Assembly: GCA_018220955.1 (NCBI GenBank)
Contig: JAAOXV010000034.1
Coordinates: 1 to 29,334 of the forward strand
Length of the DNA stretch: 29,334 bases
Reading direction: 5' to 3'
Source of the DNA: Candidatus Altiarchaeota archaeon
GTDB taxonomy: Archaea > SpSt-1190
Part shown: one piece after another, positions 14,276 through 23,178 of the stretch
Layout: each line of letters begins with the position of its first letter
Position numbering within the stretch: position 1 is the first letter of the stretch
Translations under genes and position numbers: made by a program
Notes under the pieces: generated by a model
The model's database searches: none
What the model was told of the DNA's origin: nothing
Seen by the model: only the letters and a program-made list of their open reading frames with translations

Positions 14276-16114
14276 TCACCCTTGTCGTTTTGATGAATAT
14301 AGAGTTGGTTGGCTTGATGCCCAAATGAGCGGAGTTCTGTCTGGTCCGATTGTATGTCCACCGCCGTGTAGGGCCGGAGCAAGATAACCGCCAAATGCTG
14401 CGCGCATAGGTGCACCAAGAGTTTCATACTGAAACGAATACATTCCTCTACTAAAAAAGCCCTGTGAATATCCCCGAGCCACGCCTTCCCAATAGCTGGG
14501 GGCATGACTATAACCCGCCTTTTCTACCATGCTAGGCATAACCTGACCTGGTGCAGTTGACATAGCCATCAGTGCTTCGAGTGGCACGCCATCATTCCAC
14601 ATATTATTTACAGTTATTTCGATATCTTCGATATCTGCTCCTTCGATATTCACCACACCCATGTCCATCAAGTTCTTGAATAACCCCGGGTCCATTCTTG
14701 ATACTTCATCCATCCAGTCTCCCCAGGCTTCGTGTTGGTGGCCGAATCCAGGTCCGCCGACCAAATGAACATGACCTGGCTTGACTCCGTGCTTTTTGAG
14801 CTCTTTCAAAAACTCGCTTGGTTTGATATTGCTTGATGCAGAGTGACCAACATCAAAGGTCATGGTAATCAGGTCTGGCGATACTCCATTAGCCTTTGCG
14901 ATTGACCTAATTTTCTTGACCAACTTTGCCATCTCAGCTGGTTTGTAGAACATCGGATAGCCTTGCATATACCCTTTTTCTGGTGCGGCTGGAAATAGGT
15001 TTTCGAGCGCAATCTTGACTTTTCCTTGCTTGAGCATTTTTTGGGTTTCCTTGTCTTTAAGCAGCTTGCTGAATGTGTCTTCAACATTCTTCATTATCAT
15101 AGATTTCGAATCACTAAACGGTCCGAATCGCATTCCTTCTCGGGTCATTATTTTTTCCCATGCCTTTTCTCTGAGCTCCAGCTCTTGTCTTTGATTTTTT
15201 GCCACCTCGCCGTGCCGCCCAATCGGGCTTAGTGATGCAAGATTGACTTTTGACCATTGGCCTTCAATAAAATTCTGGACTTCTGGATTAGCAAAATGTT
15301 TTTTGAACTCATTTAGCATTTTATTGTCTAGCTTTCCCTCGGGTGCAAGTCTCATAAACTGCGTCATCATCCGGCTTCGGATTTCCTCATCAATATTATT
15401 GACTTTTTTGATATCTGATAAGACCTTTCCAAGGTCGTTGCTATGTTGTTTGAAAAGATCAACCACCCGTTCCTGTGCTACATTGGTCTTGAAATTATCA
15501 TGAATCGGTGCAGCCGCAGCAGCAAACTTTTCTGCAAATGTCAGCGGAAGCGTTTGAATAAAATTACCCCACTCGCGTTTTATCTGTTCTTTCATTAATT
15601 CATCCTTTACATTATATTCCTGAAACAACTTATTCAGCTCTTGTTTGTTTGCAGCCAGCATGAATGGACTTTGAACCGGCAGCTTTGTGCCGACAAATGG
15701 CTCAATAAAGTAGTAACCCATTGAACCAATTGGATGGACTGTAAGTGTCTTTGCACCAACTCGCTTGGAATACTCTATACTTTGCTTTAGTATCTCTGCT
15801 GCCTTGGCTCGCTCAATTCCAGTTAAACCAGCCGGGTCTGCCTTCATTGGAGCATGAACAGTAATGTCGCCTGCAAATGTGTTTACAATATCTTTTACTT
15901 TTGCGACCTGCCTGTCTGTAACAGACCTGGGCCCGGTCTCAGCTCGAATAGCTAATCCGCCTCCGGCTCCCTCTTTTGCAAACGTGCCACCTAAGTCAAT
16001 CTCTGCGCTCACAACCCCGCGCTCAAACGTGTTCATGAGTTGTGCAAAGAAATCGGCTTTTTCGTTGGGACCAGGCACACTTGCACCGATTGCTGGCTTT
16101 TTTTTGTCTGCCAC
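14276..16114 (-). CDS. Xylose-isomerase-like / endonuclease-IV-superfamily TIM-barrel protein with a large internal insertion
   Basis: 612 aa. N-terminal AIGASVPGP...LGGTFAK...ITVHAP and TLTVHP, later FDVGHS, and C-terminal GHVHLVGGPGFGHQHE resemble the metal-binding strands of the Endo IV / sugar-phosphate isomerase TIM barrel. About 280 residues of helical sequence are inserted between them. Confidence 0.35.
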   Translation of the reverse strand: MADKKKPAIGASVPGPNEKADFFAQLMNTFERGVVSAEIDLGGTFAKEGAGGGLAIRAETGPRSVTDRQVAKVKDIVNTFAGDITVHAPMKADPAGLTGIERAKAAEILKQSIEYSKRVGAKTLTVHPIGSMGYYFIEPFVGTKLPVQSPFMLAANKQELNKLFQEYNVKDELMKEQIKREWGNFIQTLPLTFAEKFAAAAAPIHDNFKTNVAQERVVDLFKQHSNDLGKVLSDIKKVNNIDEEIRSRMMTQFMRLAPEGKLDNKMLNEFKKHFANPEVQNFIEGQWSKVNLASLSPIGRHGEVAKNQRQELELREKAWEKIMTREGMRFGPFSDSKSMIMKNVEDTFSKLLKDKETQKMLKQGKVKIALENLFPAAPEKGYMQGYPMFYKPAEMAKLVKKIRSIAKANGVSPDLITMTFDVGHSASSNIKPSEFLKELKKHGVKPGHVHLVGGPGFGHQHEAWGDWMDEVSRMDPGLFKNLMDMGVVNIEGADIEDIEITVNNMWNDGVPLEALMAMSTAPGQVMPSMVEKAGYSHAPSYWEGVARGYSQGFFSRGMYSFQYETLGAPMRAAFGGYLAPALHGGGHTIGPDRTPLIWASSQPTLYSSKRQG

Positions 16115-16162
16115 AATAGTATCTGTTCGCCATACTTATAAATCTCATAGATTAGACCTGGC

Positions 16163-17143
16163 GTGGAATCATTTATCATTGAGATGGTGTTTGCCGCTAT
16201 TGTGACTCTTTTGGCAACTCCTAGAATAGCTAGATACCTGAAAGCCAGTGGAATAATGGCCAGGGACCAACACAAACGAGACAAGCCACTTTTACCGACA
16301 AGCGGTGGGATTCCAGTCTTCTTTGGTTTTTACCTTGCGGTTTCGCTCTATATTTTTCTAAGAGTCTATTATTTTGGTGATATGTCTGATCTTTTGCCGA
16401 TAATGGCAGTTCTATTGTCAACAGCAATAATCACTGTGATTGGATTTCTCGACGATATTAGGGTTAACCTGGGTTCAAATCAGGAGCGGATTGGATTAAA
16501 GCAATGGCAAAAGCCGCTTCTGACATTGGTTGCGGCTATACCTCTTATGGCACTCAAGGTCGGTAACCCTAGTATGAGCTTACCTTTGATAGGTCTGGTG
16601 AATGTAGGTATTTTATACCCGTTGGTGTTTGTGCCTGTTGGTGTGATGGGAGCAGCCAATATGGTCAACTTGCTTGCTGGCCTGAATGGACTTGAGACTG
16701 GCATGGCTATTGTTTATCTTGGTTCATTGGCTTATTTTGCGTTTCTCAACAGTACTTTGGCAGCAAAAGTGATTGCCTTTGCTGGACTCGGAGCTGCTCT
16801 TGGCTTTTATTATTGGAACAAGTTTCCAGCAAAAGTCTTGCCAGGTGACAGTCTGACATACTTTTTCGGAGCTTTGCTGGCGAACCTGGCGATAATTGGA
16901 AACATGGAAAAAGTAGCACTTGTCATTTCAATCCCTTTCTTTTTCGAGTTTGCATTAAAGCTTAGAGGCAAGCTGAAACAGCCGACAGTTGGCACAGTAA
17001 ACCGTGATAAGATACTAAAACTCAATGAAGGTATCTACTCACTACCGCATTTCTGGATGAAAGGTAAACATACTGAAAAACAGGTAGTTTTCAGGATTTG
17101 TGTGATTATTGCAGTATTTTCTGTTTTGGCCTGGTTTGTTTAG
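16163..17143 (+). CDS. aglH: UDP-GlcNAc:dolichyl-phosphate GlcNAc-1-phosphotransferase (MraY/WecA/GPT family, AglH-like)
   Basis: 326-aa polytopic membrane protein. It carries the GFLDD motif and NMVNLLAGLNGLETG (the conserved NxxNxxDGxDGL-type motif) of the polyprenyl-phosphate HexNAc-1-P transferase family. Confidence 0.7.
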   Translation: MESFIIEMVFAAIVTLLATPRIARYLKASGIMARDQHKRDKPLLPTSGGIPVFFGFYLAVSLYIFLRVYYFGDMSDLLPIMAVLLSTAIITVIGFLDDIRVNLGSNQERIGLKQWQKPLLTLVAAIPLMALKVGNPSMSLPLIGLVNVGILYPLVFVPVGVMGAANMVNLLAGLNGLETGMAIVYLGSLAYFAFLNSTLAAKVIAFAGLGAALGFYYWNKFPAKVLPGDSLTYFFGALLANLAIIGNMEKVALVISIPFFFEFALKLRGKLKQPTVGTVNRDKILKLNEGIYSLPHFWMKGKHTEKQVVFRICVIIAVFSVLAWFV

Positions 17144-17151
17144 GCACTTGT

Positions 17152-17502
17152 CTATGAATACTCTCTCCAGATATGTCCACAACCTATACACTTGAAAAAT
17201 CTAGTGGCTGGCTCGTCACCTGACCTAGTCTGCTGCATCCACCACAAGGCCCTGTTGTGTTCGCATTTCTCGCATTTGACCTTTATTGTTGAAAGCTCAT
17301 CTTTTTGTTTGTCAACATCAACAACCGGAATTCCCTTTTTTTCTTCAACTTTTCGTGAAATTACAATTTTCTCGTTTTTATCCACATTTTCCTTTTTTCC
17401 ACAGCTTCTACAAATCCAATTAGTCTTGTCATCAAGTTTTTTTGGCATCATCATGCCTCCACATTTCTTACAAAAACGAATGGTCATCCTGGCAATATGC
17501 AT
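17152..17502 (-). CDS. tfs: Transcription factor S / RNA polymerase subunit M (TFIIS-type zinc ribbon)
   Basis: N-terminal Zn ribbon FCKKCGG...CRSCG. The C-terminal CEKCEHNRALWWMQQTRSGDEPATRFFKCIGCGHIWRE is the TFIIS C-terminal signature. The true start is probably the internal ATG (MTIRFCKKCG). Confidence 0.8.
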   Translation of the reverse strand: MHIARMTIRFCKKCGGMMMPKKLDDKTNWICRSCGKKENVDKNEKIVISRKVEEKKGIPVVDVDKQKDELSTIKVKCEKCEHNRALWWMQQTRSGDEPATRFFKCIGCGHIWREYS

Positions 17503-17525
17503 TTGATATTATAATATTTTGCATA

Positions 17526-18044
17526 TCATAAAGGCCCTAAATTGAAGATTCGATAAAAAATCTCTTTTGGTAGCACACTTATCCAACCTATCATTGGTGC
17601 CATCACTGCTGCTTTGCCCTGTATCCAGCTGTTTTGAATCACCCAAGGGTCTGCTACAGGATTATGATCGCCTTTAGTAGTATAACCATTATCCGTGATA
17701 TTTACGACCCGATGAATAATCGGGTAACCAAGCTCGGGATTTACATATACCACAACATCCCCGACGCTTATGTTGTTAGCTTCCACAATTACCAATGCAT
17801 CTCCTTTGTTAAACCCAGTTGGAAACGGAAAGTTATCCAGCTGTTCGGTATTATACCCTTTGGACAACATCCAAGAATAGTAATTGTATTGCGTGATTGA
17901 ATCATGTTCCATGCTGCCGCTCATAACAGCTACAAACGGAAGAGATGTTCCGAAAAAATAGCCAAATGTCGCTCTGAGTAGCATTGCTACCACGAATGCC
18001 CAGACAAGATCTTTACCAAACTTTTTGATTATTTGATTGTCCAT
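17526..18044 (-). CDS. Signal peptidase I (archaeal Sec11 / S26B type)
   Basis: N-terminal TM helix followed by AVMSGSMEH (catalytic Ser box) and GDHN. 172 aa. Confidence 0.75.
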   Translation of the reverse strand: MDNQIIKKFGKDLVWAFVVAMLLRATFGYFFGTSLPFVAVMSGSMEHDSITQYNYYSWMLSKGYNTEQLDNFPFPTGFNKGDALVIVEANNISVGDVVVYVNPELGYPIIHRVVNITDNGYTTKGDHNPVADPWVIQNSWIQGKAAVMAPMIGWISVLPKEIFYRIFNLGPL

Positions 18045-18946
18045 TATTCCACCTGGACTATCGTATCCTTTATAGTAACTCTTGCGAGATCCTTTGCGAT
18101 AAAGCTGTTTTTGAAAACTTGTTTTGCCTCTTTTAGCAAAGGTGCCAGATTAGCGTATCTTGGGGAAAAGTGAATCAGGAATAAACTGCCAACACCTGCT
18201 TGTTTTGCGACCCGCGCAGCGTCTTTTGCAGAGCAGTGTCCATAATCAAAGCCAGAATCGTCCTCAGATAAATATGTTGACTCATGTATCAGGAGATCCA
18301 CACCAGCGACTGCCTCAATAACTTTATCTGATTTGACCGTGTCTCCTGTGTATGCGAGCGACGAACCTTTCACCGGAATCAGCCAGTCTTTTGGTTTTAG
18401 CTTAATTCCATTTATCTCAATCGTTTCGCCTTGTTTGAGCTTTTTGAATTTTGAGTTTGGTTTGAATCCATGTTTATCCATCTTGGCCTTGTCAATCCTG
18501 GTTGTGTCTGGCTCTCTGAACACATAGCCAATTGAGTTTCCAGTATGTTCTGTTTCAAAAGCAGTGATTGGTCCGACTGTATCCCCTGGCTCAAGCTCGA
18601 TTACGTCTATCTCAAACGGGATTCTACCATAGCTCGCGCGTCGCATATGGTGTACTGACATAGCTGTGCCTGGCGGCCCATAAATTTTCAAAGGAGCTTC
18701 ACGCTGATTTTTTGCCATTGAGAAGAGAATGCCGGGAATTCCGAGCACATGGTCTCCGTGTAGATGAGTCACAAACAGCTTGTCGATTTTCATAAGGCTG
18801 AATCCGCTTTGACCTATTCGGATTTGTATTCCTTCACCACAATCGAACAAATAGACTTCGCCTTCGTGCCTGATTGCAATCGAACTAGTGAACCGCTCAA
18901 GTGTCGGCTTGGTTGCATTTGTTCCTAGGAAAGTCAGTTCAATCAA
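18044..18946 (-). CDS. rnz: Ribonuclease Z (tRNA 3' endonuclease, metallo-beta-lactamase fold, short form)
   Basis: LTFLGT...HLHGDHVLGIPG (HxHxDH) and the C-terminal HFS motif. 300 aa. Confidence 0.85.
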   Translation of the reverse strand: MIELTFLGTNATKPTLERFTSSIAIRHEGEVYLFDCGEGIQIRIGQSGFSLMKIDKLFVTHLHGDHVLGIPGILFSMAKNQREAPLKIYGPPGTAMSVHHMRRASYGRIPFEIDVIELEPGDTVGPITAFETEHTGNSIGYVFREPDTTRIDKAKMDKHGFKPNSKFKKLKQGETIEINGIKLKPKDWLIPVKGSSLAYTGDTVKSDKVIEAVAGVDLLIHESTYLSEDDSGFDYGHCSAKDAARVAKQAGVGSLFLIHFSPRYANLAPLLKEAKQVFKNSFIAKDLARVTIKDTIVQVE

Positions 18947-20674
18947 TCAATCACCTGTCTTTATACCCAATTCATCCAGTAGCTCTTGATCTGCCTTGGC
19001 TGGCCCATCCTCCATTAGAGCTCTGCCGACCTTGTTTTTTGGAAAAGCAATCACATCACGGATACTGTCTTTACCAAGCATTACCTGCAATAGTCGGTCA
19101 AAACCAAACGCGATTCCGCCATGCGGCGGGACGCCGTAATCAAATGCTTTTAGCAACATCCCAAACTTTTCTTTGGCAGTCTTTCTGTCTATCTTTAGCA
19201 ACTCAAATATCCGTTCCTGAAGTTTTTTATCAGTTATTCTCATGCTTCCTCCACCGACCTCTGTACCATTTATTACTAGGTCAAATGCCTGTGACCGAAT
19301 GTCAAGTAGCTCTTGTTCACTGAGATTTTCAAACAGGTCAGACAACTTTTCTGGTTTCGGTAAAGTGAATGGATGATGTCCGCTTTGGAGTCTTTGCTTT
19401 TCCTGACTCCATTTAAACAATGGAAAGTCTGTCACCCACAAGACATCAAGACCTTTTCGCAAATCTAGCTTTTCTGCAGCAGCTAATCTCATTGCACCGA
19501 GTGCTTCGCAGACCCTTGCCCAATCTCCAGCTAATATCAACAAAGTTCCTTTCCCAAGTTTTTTGAGCTTGGTTTTTATTGGCTCTAGCTGCTCAGCCAC
19601 CCCTCCTTTTAGTTCCTTTTGTATCCACGTCCAGGCAACACCGGGAAAACCATAGTCTTTTGCGATTTTCTCCATTGCTTTTGTTTCCTTTCTGGTTAAT
19701 TCTTCTGGAATAAGTATGGCTTTTGCTATTCCATCAGCTCTGATTTGCTTTTCAATTATCTTGAATCCACTTTCTCTAAGCTCGTCAGTAAGCTCAATCA
19801 GCTCAATCCCGAATCTGGTGTCTGGCTTATCTGATCCATATAGGTCTATTGCATGTTCCCAACTCATTTGCTTGAATGGCCGTTTCAACTTTATTCCGAG
19901 CAGCTGTGCATACAATAATGAAATTAGGCCTTCTGATAGTTCTTGTATATCTGACTCTTCTGAAAAGCTGGTTTCAATGTCAATCTGTGTAAATTCGTAT
20001 TGTCTGTCTGCTCTTAGGTCCTCGTCTCTAAAGCACCGGACAATCTGAAAATATTTGTCAAACCCAGCTACCATTAGGAGCTGCTTATAGATTTGTGGAC
20101 TCTGCGGAAGTGCCCAGAATTTACCTTTAAAGCTCCGGCTTGGCACAAGGAAATCTCTGGCCCCTTCTGGGGTTGGTCTACTCATAAACGGAGTTTCAAT
20201 TTCCACAAAATCTTTTAGTAACATATATTGCCTAATTAGTGTCTCTGCCCCGAATCTGAACTCCATTGCTCTCTGCATTTCTGGTCGGCGAAGGTCCAGA
20301 AATCGGTACTCTAATCGCTTTTCTTCAGTTGTTTTGATGTCTGGGTTGAATATTTCAAGTGGAAGCGGTTTTGACTTGGACAAAACAATAAATTTGTCAG
20401 CTATAACTTCTATCTCGCCTGTGTTAATGGCAGAATTTGGCTGTTTTCTTTTAACAACTGCCCCTTCGACTAGCACGACCGATTCTCTGGGTAGTTCACT
20501 ATAAACTGCCTTAAATTCTTCGCCAAGCACGGCCTGTGTTATTCCATGGCGGTCACGCAGGTCTATGAACGCCTTTTTTCCAAAAGACCTAAGAGAATGA
20601 ACCCAGCCTGCCAGCTTGACTCGTTTCTTGATATCAGTTTTCCTGAGCTCGCCACAGTTGTGAGACCTTAACAC
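18947..20674 (-). CDS. aspS: Aspartyl-tRNA synthetase, bacterial type (class IIb with GAD insertion domain)
   Basis: 575 aa. It aligns with bacterial AspRS along its full length (CGELR...GWV, LDLRRPEMQ, FRDEDLRADRQ.EFTQID, DFPLF...HHPFTLP, GGGSMRI, PPHGGIAFGFDRL..IRDVIAFPKN). Archaeal-type AspRS is about 430 aa and lacks the GAD insert. Confidence 0.9.
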   Translation of the reverse strand: MLRSHNCGELRKTDIKKRVKLAGWVHSLRSFGKKAFIDLRDRHGITQAVLGEEFKAVYSELPRESVVLVEGAVVKRKQPNSAINTGEIEVIADKFIVLSKSKPLPLEIFNPDIKTTEEKRLEYRFLDLRRPEMQRAMEFRFGAETLIRQYMLLKDFVEIETPFMSRPTPEGARDFLVPSRSFKGKFWALPQSPQIYKQLLMVAGFDKYFQIVRCFRDEDLRADRQYEFTQIDIETSFSEESDIQELSEGLISLLYAQLLGIKLKRPFKQMSWEHAIDLYGSDKPDTRFGIELIELTDELRESGFKIIEKQIRADGIAKAILIPEELTRKETKAMEKIAKDYGFPGVAWTWIQKELKGGVAEQLEPIKTKLKKLGKGTLLILAGDWARVCEALGAMRLAAAEKLDLRKGLDVLWVTDFPLFKWSQEKQRLQSGHHPFTLPKPEKLSDLFENLSEQELLDIRSQAFDLVINGTEVGGGSMRITDKKLQERIFELLKIDRKTAKEKFGMLLKAFDYGVPPHGGIAFGFDRLLQVMLGKDSIRDVIAFPKNKVGRALMEDGPAKADQELLDELGIKTGD

Positions 20675-20827
20675 ACTAACAAGACAAACTGCTCATTAAT
20701 ATGAGTTTCTTGGATTAGCATATCTGGCCAAAAGCAGGCTATAAATGCCATAATCTTGCAGGTTAGCTTGGGTTTATTTGGGTTAGAAAATGACCAAGTA
20801 TAAAAATTCAGATTGTGAGACTCAATT

Positions 20828-21874
20828 ATGCTTAATGCATATGATGTGAGTGGAGAGATAGATTATGACAAAGTTATCCGGGAGTTTGGTGCCAAAAAGA
20901 TAGACGCTAGGCTGGCGGCCAGAATAGACCACCCGCTTGTGCCTGAGCTGTTCTTTGCACACCGAGATTTAGACACTTTATTATCAGGTAAGTTTGCTAT
21001 TGTGAGTGGACGAGGTCCGAGCAAACGTATGCATATAGCTCATCTGCTTGTCTATCGGTTTGTCAAGCACCTACAGGACCGGTTTGGTTCATTTGTGTTT
21101 CTGCCCTTAAGCGATGATGAAAAGCTCTTGGCAAATTCAGAGCTGAGTCAGGAGGATGTAAAAAAAGAGGATTATGAGAATTTGCTCGACATAATCGCGA
21201 TTGGATTTGACCCAGACAATACCGAAGTGATGATTGATATGATGGACATAAAGCAGGAAGTGTATAATCTGTCTATCCGATTGGCTAGACGGATGACCGC
21301 AAATACTGTCAGGTCGGCCTTTGGATTCAGTGGTGAGACCAATATAGGTATTCAGTTTTATCCAGCTATGCAGGCGGCACATATACTTTATCCGAGCTTG
21401 AAACTCGGCCTACCTGTACTTGTCCCAATTGGACTTGATCAGGATGTGTTTGTCAAACTGACACGCGATGTTGCTGAAAAAGAGGGATTGAAAAAACCGG
21501 GTGATATACTTAGTAAATTCCTGCCTGGTTTGACTGGCGACAAAATGAGCTCAAGTAAACCAGAGACGGCAATATACACGACCGACCTGCCAAACATAGT
21601 GAAAAAGAAAATCGGGAACGCGTTCACTGGCGGTCGGGTCAGTGTGGATGAGCAGAGAAAGCTCGGAGGCGAGCCAGACAAGTGTGTAGTTTATTCATAC
21701 TTGCGAACATTCTTTCAAATTGACCAGCGAGAAAAATGTTTGTCAGGTGAGATATTGTGTGGTGAATGCAAAGCCCAGCTGACTGGCAAGCTGAACAGTA
21801 TGCTGGCCGAGCATCAAAAGAAACGTGAGTCTGCAAAACTTCAGGTCAGTAAATTCACTAAGGCTTTTGACTAA
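20828..21874 (+). CDS. trpS: Tryptophanyl-tRNA synthetase, archaeal/eukaryotic type
   Basis: DYDKVIREFG, the HIGH-region SGRGPSKRMHIAHLLVY (compare eukaryotic TGRGPS..MHVGHL) and KMSSSKP (KMSKS motif). 348 aa. Confidence 0.8.
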   Translation: MLNAYDVSGEIDYDKVIREFGAKKIDARLAARIDHPLVPELFFAHRDLDTLLSGKFAIVSGRGPSKRMHIAHLLVYRFVKHLQDRFGSFVFLPLSDDEKLLANSELSQEDVKKEDYENLLDIIAIGFDPDNTEVMIDMMDIKQEVYNLSIRLARRMTANTVRSAFGFSGETNIGIQFYPAMQAAHILYPSLKLGLPVLVPIGLDQDVFVKLTRDVAEKEGLKKPGDILSKFLPGLTGDKMSSSKPETAIYTTDLPNIVKKKIGNAFTGGRVSVDEQRKLGGEPDKCVVYSYLRTFFQIDQREKCLSGEILCGECKAQLTGKLNSMLAEHQKKRESAKLQVSKFTKAFD

Positions 21875-22431
21875 AACTTGGTCGGTTTCTTGAAGGTATC
21901 TATTTCCTTCTCAGCATCATTGAGTGTGTTATCAAGCCAGTCAATTGTTTTCTCAATTTCCTCGACAGTTCTTAGACCTGGGATAATGACCTTTCCTGTT
22001 CGGAAGATTAGTATTCTTGTCGAACCTTTTTTGAGCTTCATTCCAGGAAAAGCTTCTGGATCATATTCAGAATCAGGTATTGCATATGCCAGCTCGTGTA
22101 ATCGAAGACTTCGTTTCAAATCAACACTGACTACGATATTCCTGACTGCTATCTGCGGTATTTTCACAGTCACTCCGCCTTCTTCAAGTACTTCAACTAG
22201 CTGATTCACTTTTGTTTGAGCATCATTCACACTTTTCGCACCGCTACAGACAAAATTTCCGGACGAGTATAACAAAAACCCAACACTGAATTTCTTTATT
22301 CTCAAAGCTGGGAACTTGCCTGGTTCATAAACAGAACCATCTACATTTTCGTTTATATGAATAAGATTTAGAGAATCACCGAATCTCCCTGTGACGACAA
22401 TATTTTGAACCTTATATTCTATGTCGGTCAT
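21871..22431 (-). CDS. tbp: TATA-box binding protein
   Basis: Two TBP repeats (KVQNIVVTG...FPALRI..LLYSSGNFVCSGAKS and IAVRNIVVSVDL...FPGMKL..LIFRTGKVIIPG). The open frame reaches 22488. The start is taken at the internal ATG (MTDIEYK...), which matches the canonical TBP N-terminus. Confidence 0.85.
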   Translation of the reverse strand: MTDIEYKVQNIVVTGRFGDSLNLIHINENVDGSVYEPGKFPALRIKKFSVGFLLYSSGNFVCSGAKSVNDAQTKVNQLVEVLEEGGVTVKIPQIAVRNIVVSVDLKRSLRLHELAYAIPDSEYDPEAFPGMKLKKGSTRILIFRTGKVIIPGLRTVEEIEKTIDWLDNTLNDAEKEIDTFKKPTKF

Positions 22432-22543
22432 TAACTGTAAAATACAGGTTGATTTAAAAGCTTTCTCGTGTTCCCTTAATGGAGTCACAAGAATTGTGAA
22501 TTTACATGGCTATAGCTCAAGCTGGACTGTCAAGCAAAACCAA

Positions 22544-22891
22544 TCATTTTTCTATTTGAACGATTGGTGGGACGAGTATTATCCAACTGTCGTCAAGCGC
22601 AGCCAAATCGGCACCAGTCACATTACAGTGAGTTTTCATACGGTTGATTGCTTTCTTGAGCTCGGTCATATCCTTGTCACGCAGAGGCGAAACCTTGACA
22701 ATGATGATTCTGTCTCCAGACCTAAATTTGTTCAACACTTTTTCAACATCATTATACCTCTCCATCACCATAAGATCTAGCTTGAGCTTTGCGTTCTGTG
22801 TATGGATTACCTTTGCTTGCACAACATGTGCGTCATCCCCTTTGATTAGCTCATCGATTATTCCCATTATATCACCAAATTTCTGACACAA
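22544..22891 (-). CDS. sepF: Cell division protein SepF-like (DUF552)
   Basis: 115 aa. The C-terminal core RIIIVKVSPLRDKDMTELKKAINRMK...GADLAALDDSWIILVPPIVQI matches the SepF pattern (vvv.p..f.D..ei...l..g..vi.nl..ld...a.R.iDF..G...al.G....i....fl..P). Confidence 0.55.
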   Translation of the reverse strand: MCQKFGDIMGIIDELIKGDDAHVVQAKVIHTQNAKLKLDLMVMERYNDVEKVLNKFRSGDRIIIVKVSPLRDKDMTELKKAINRMKTHCNVTGADLAALDDSWIILVPPIVQIEK

Positions 22892-22896
22892 AAGGA

Positions 22897-23178
22897 TTAT
22901 TTAATCTTTCCCGCTGAGACTTCGAGCAGGCTAGCTATCTCCCAAACAAGGGTTCTGATGTGAAAAGGCAGGTTCTGGTCCTGACTAATATCGTCCAGCA
23001 TACTGATTGCAGCGCCTATCCTGATGTGTTGTTTTTCGTCTTGGTTTTTTAACCTGTCCATTACCTTCTGACAGTTTGCTTTTATGTTTCTCGGCACTGA
23101 ACCATCCTGAAGAATTTTTTCAAGAATCTCGATTGCTCTGTCAAACTCTTCCATAATATCACGTCCCGATTTTCTCAC
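22897..23178 (-). CDS. UPF0147-family small archaeal protein
   Basis: MEEFDRAIEILEKILQDGSVPRNIKANCQKV...IRIGAAISMLDDISQDQNLPFHIRTLVWEIASLLE matches the conserved UPF0147 pattern (about 90 aa). The likely start is the internal ATG (MEEF...). Confidence 0.5.
   Translation of the reverse strand: MRKSGRDIMEEFDRAIEILEKILQDGSVPRNIKANCQKVMDRLKNQDEKQHIRIGAAISMLDDISQDQNLPFHIRTLVWEIASLLEVSAGKIK

Noticed and set aside
14272-14505. 77-aa - strand ORF overlapping the C-terminus of the 612-aa TIM-barrel gene
   Set aside because: It lies fully inside a longer ORF that carries conserved motifs. It is an out-of-frame shadow.
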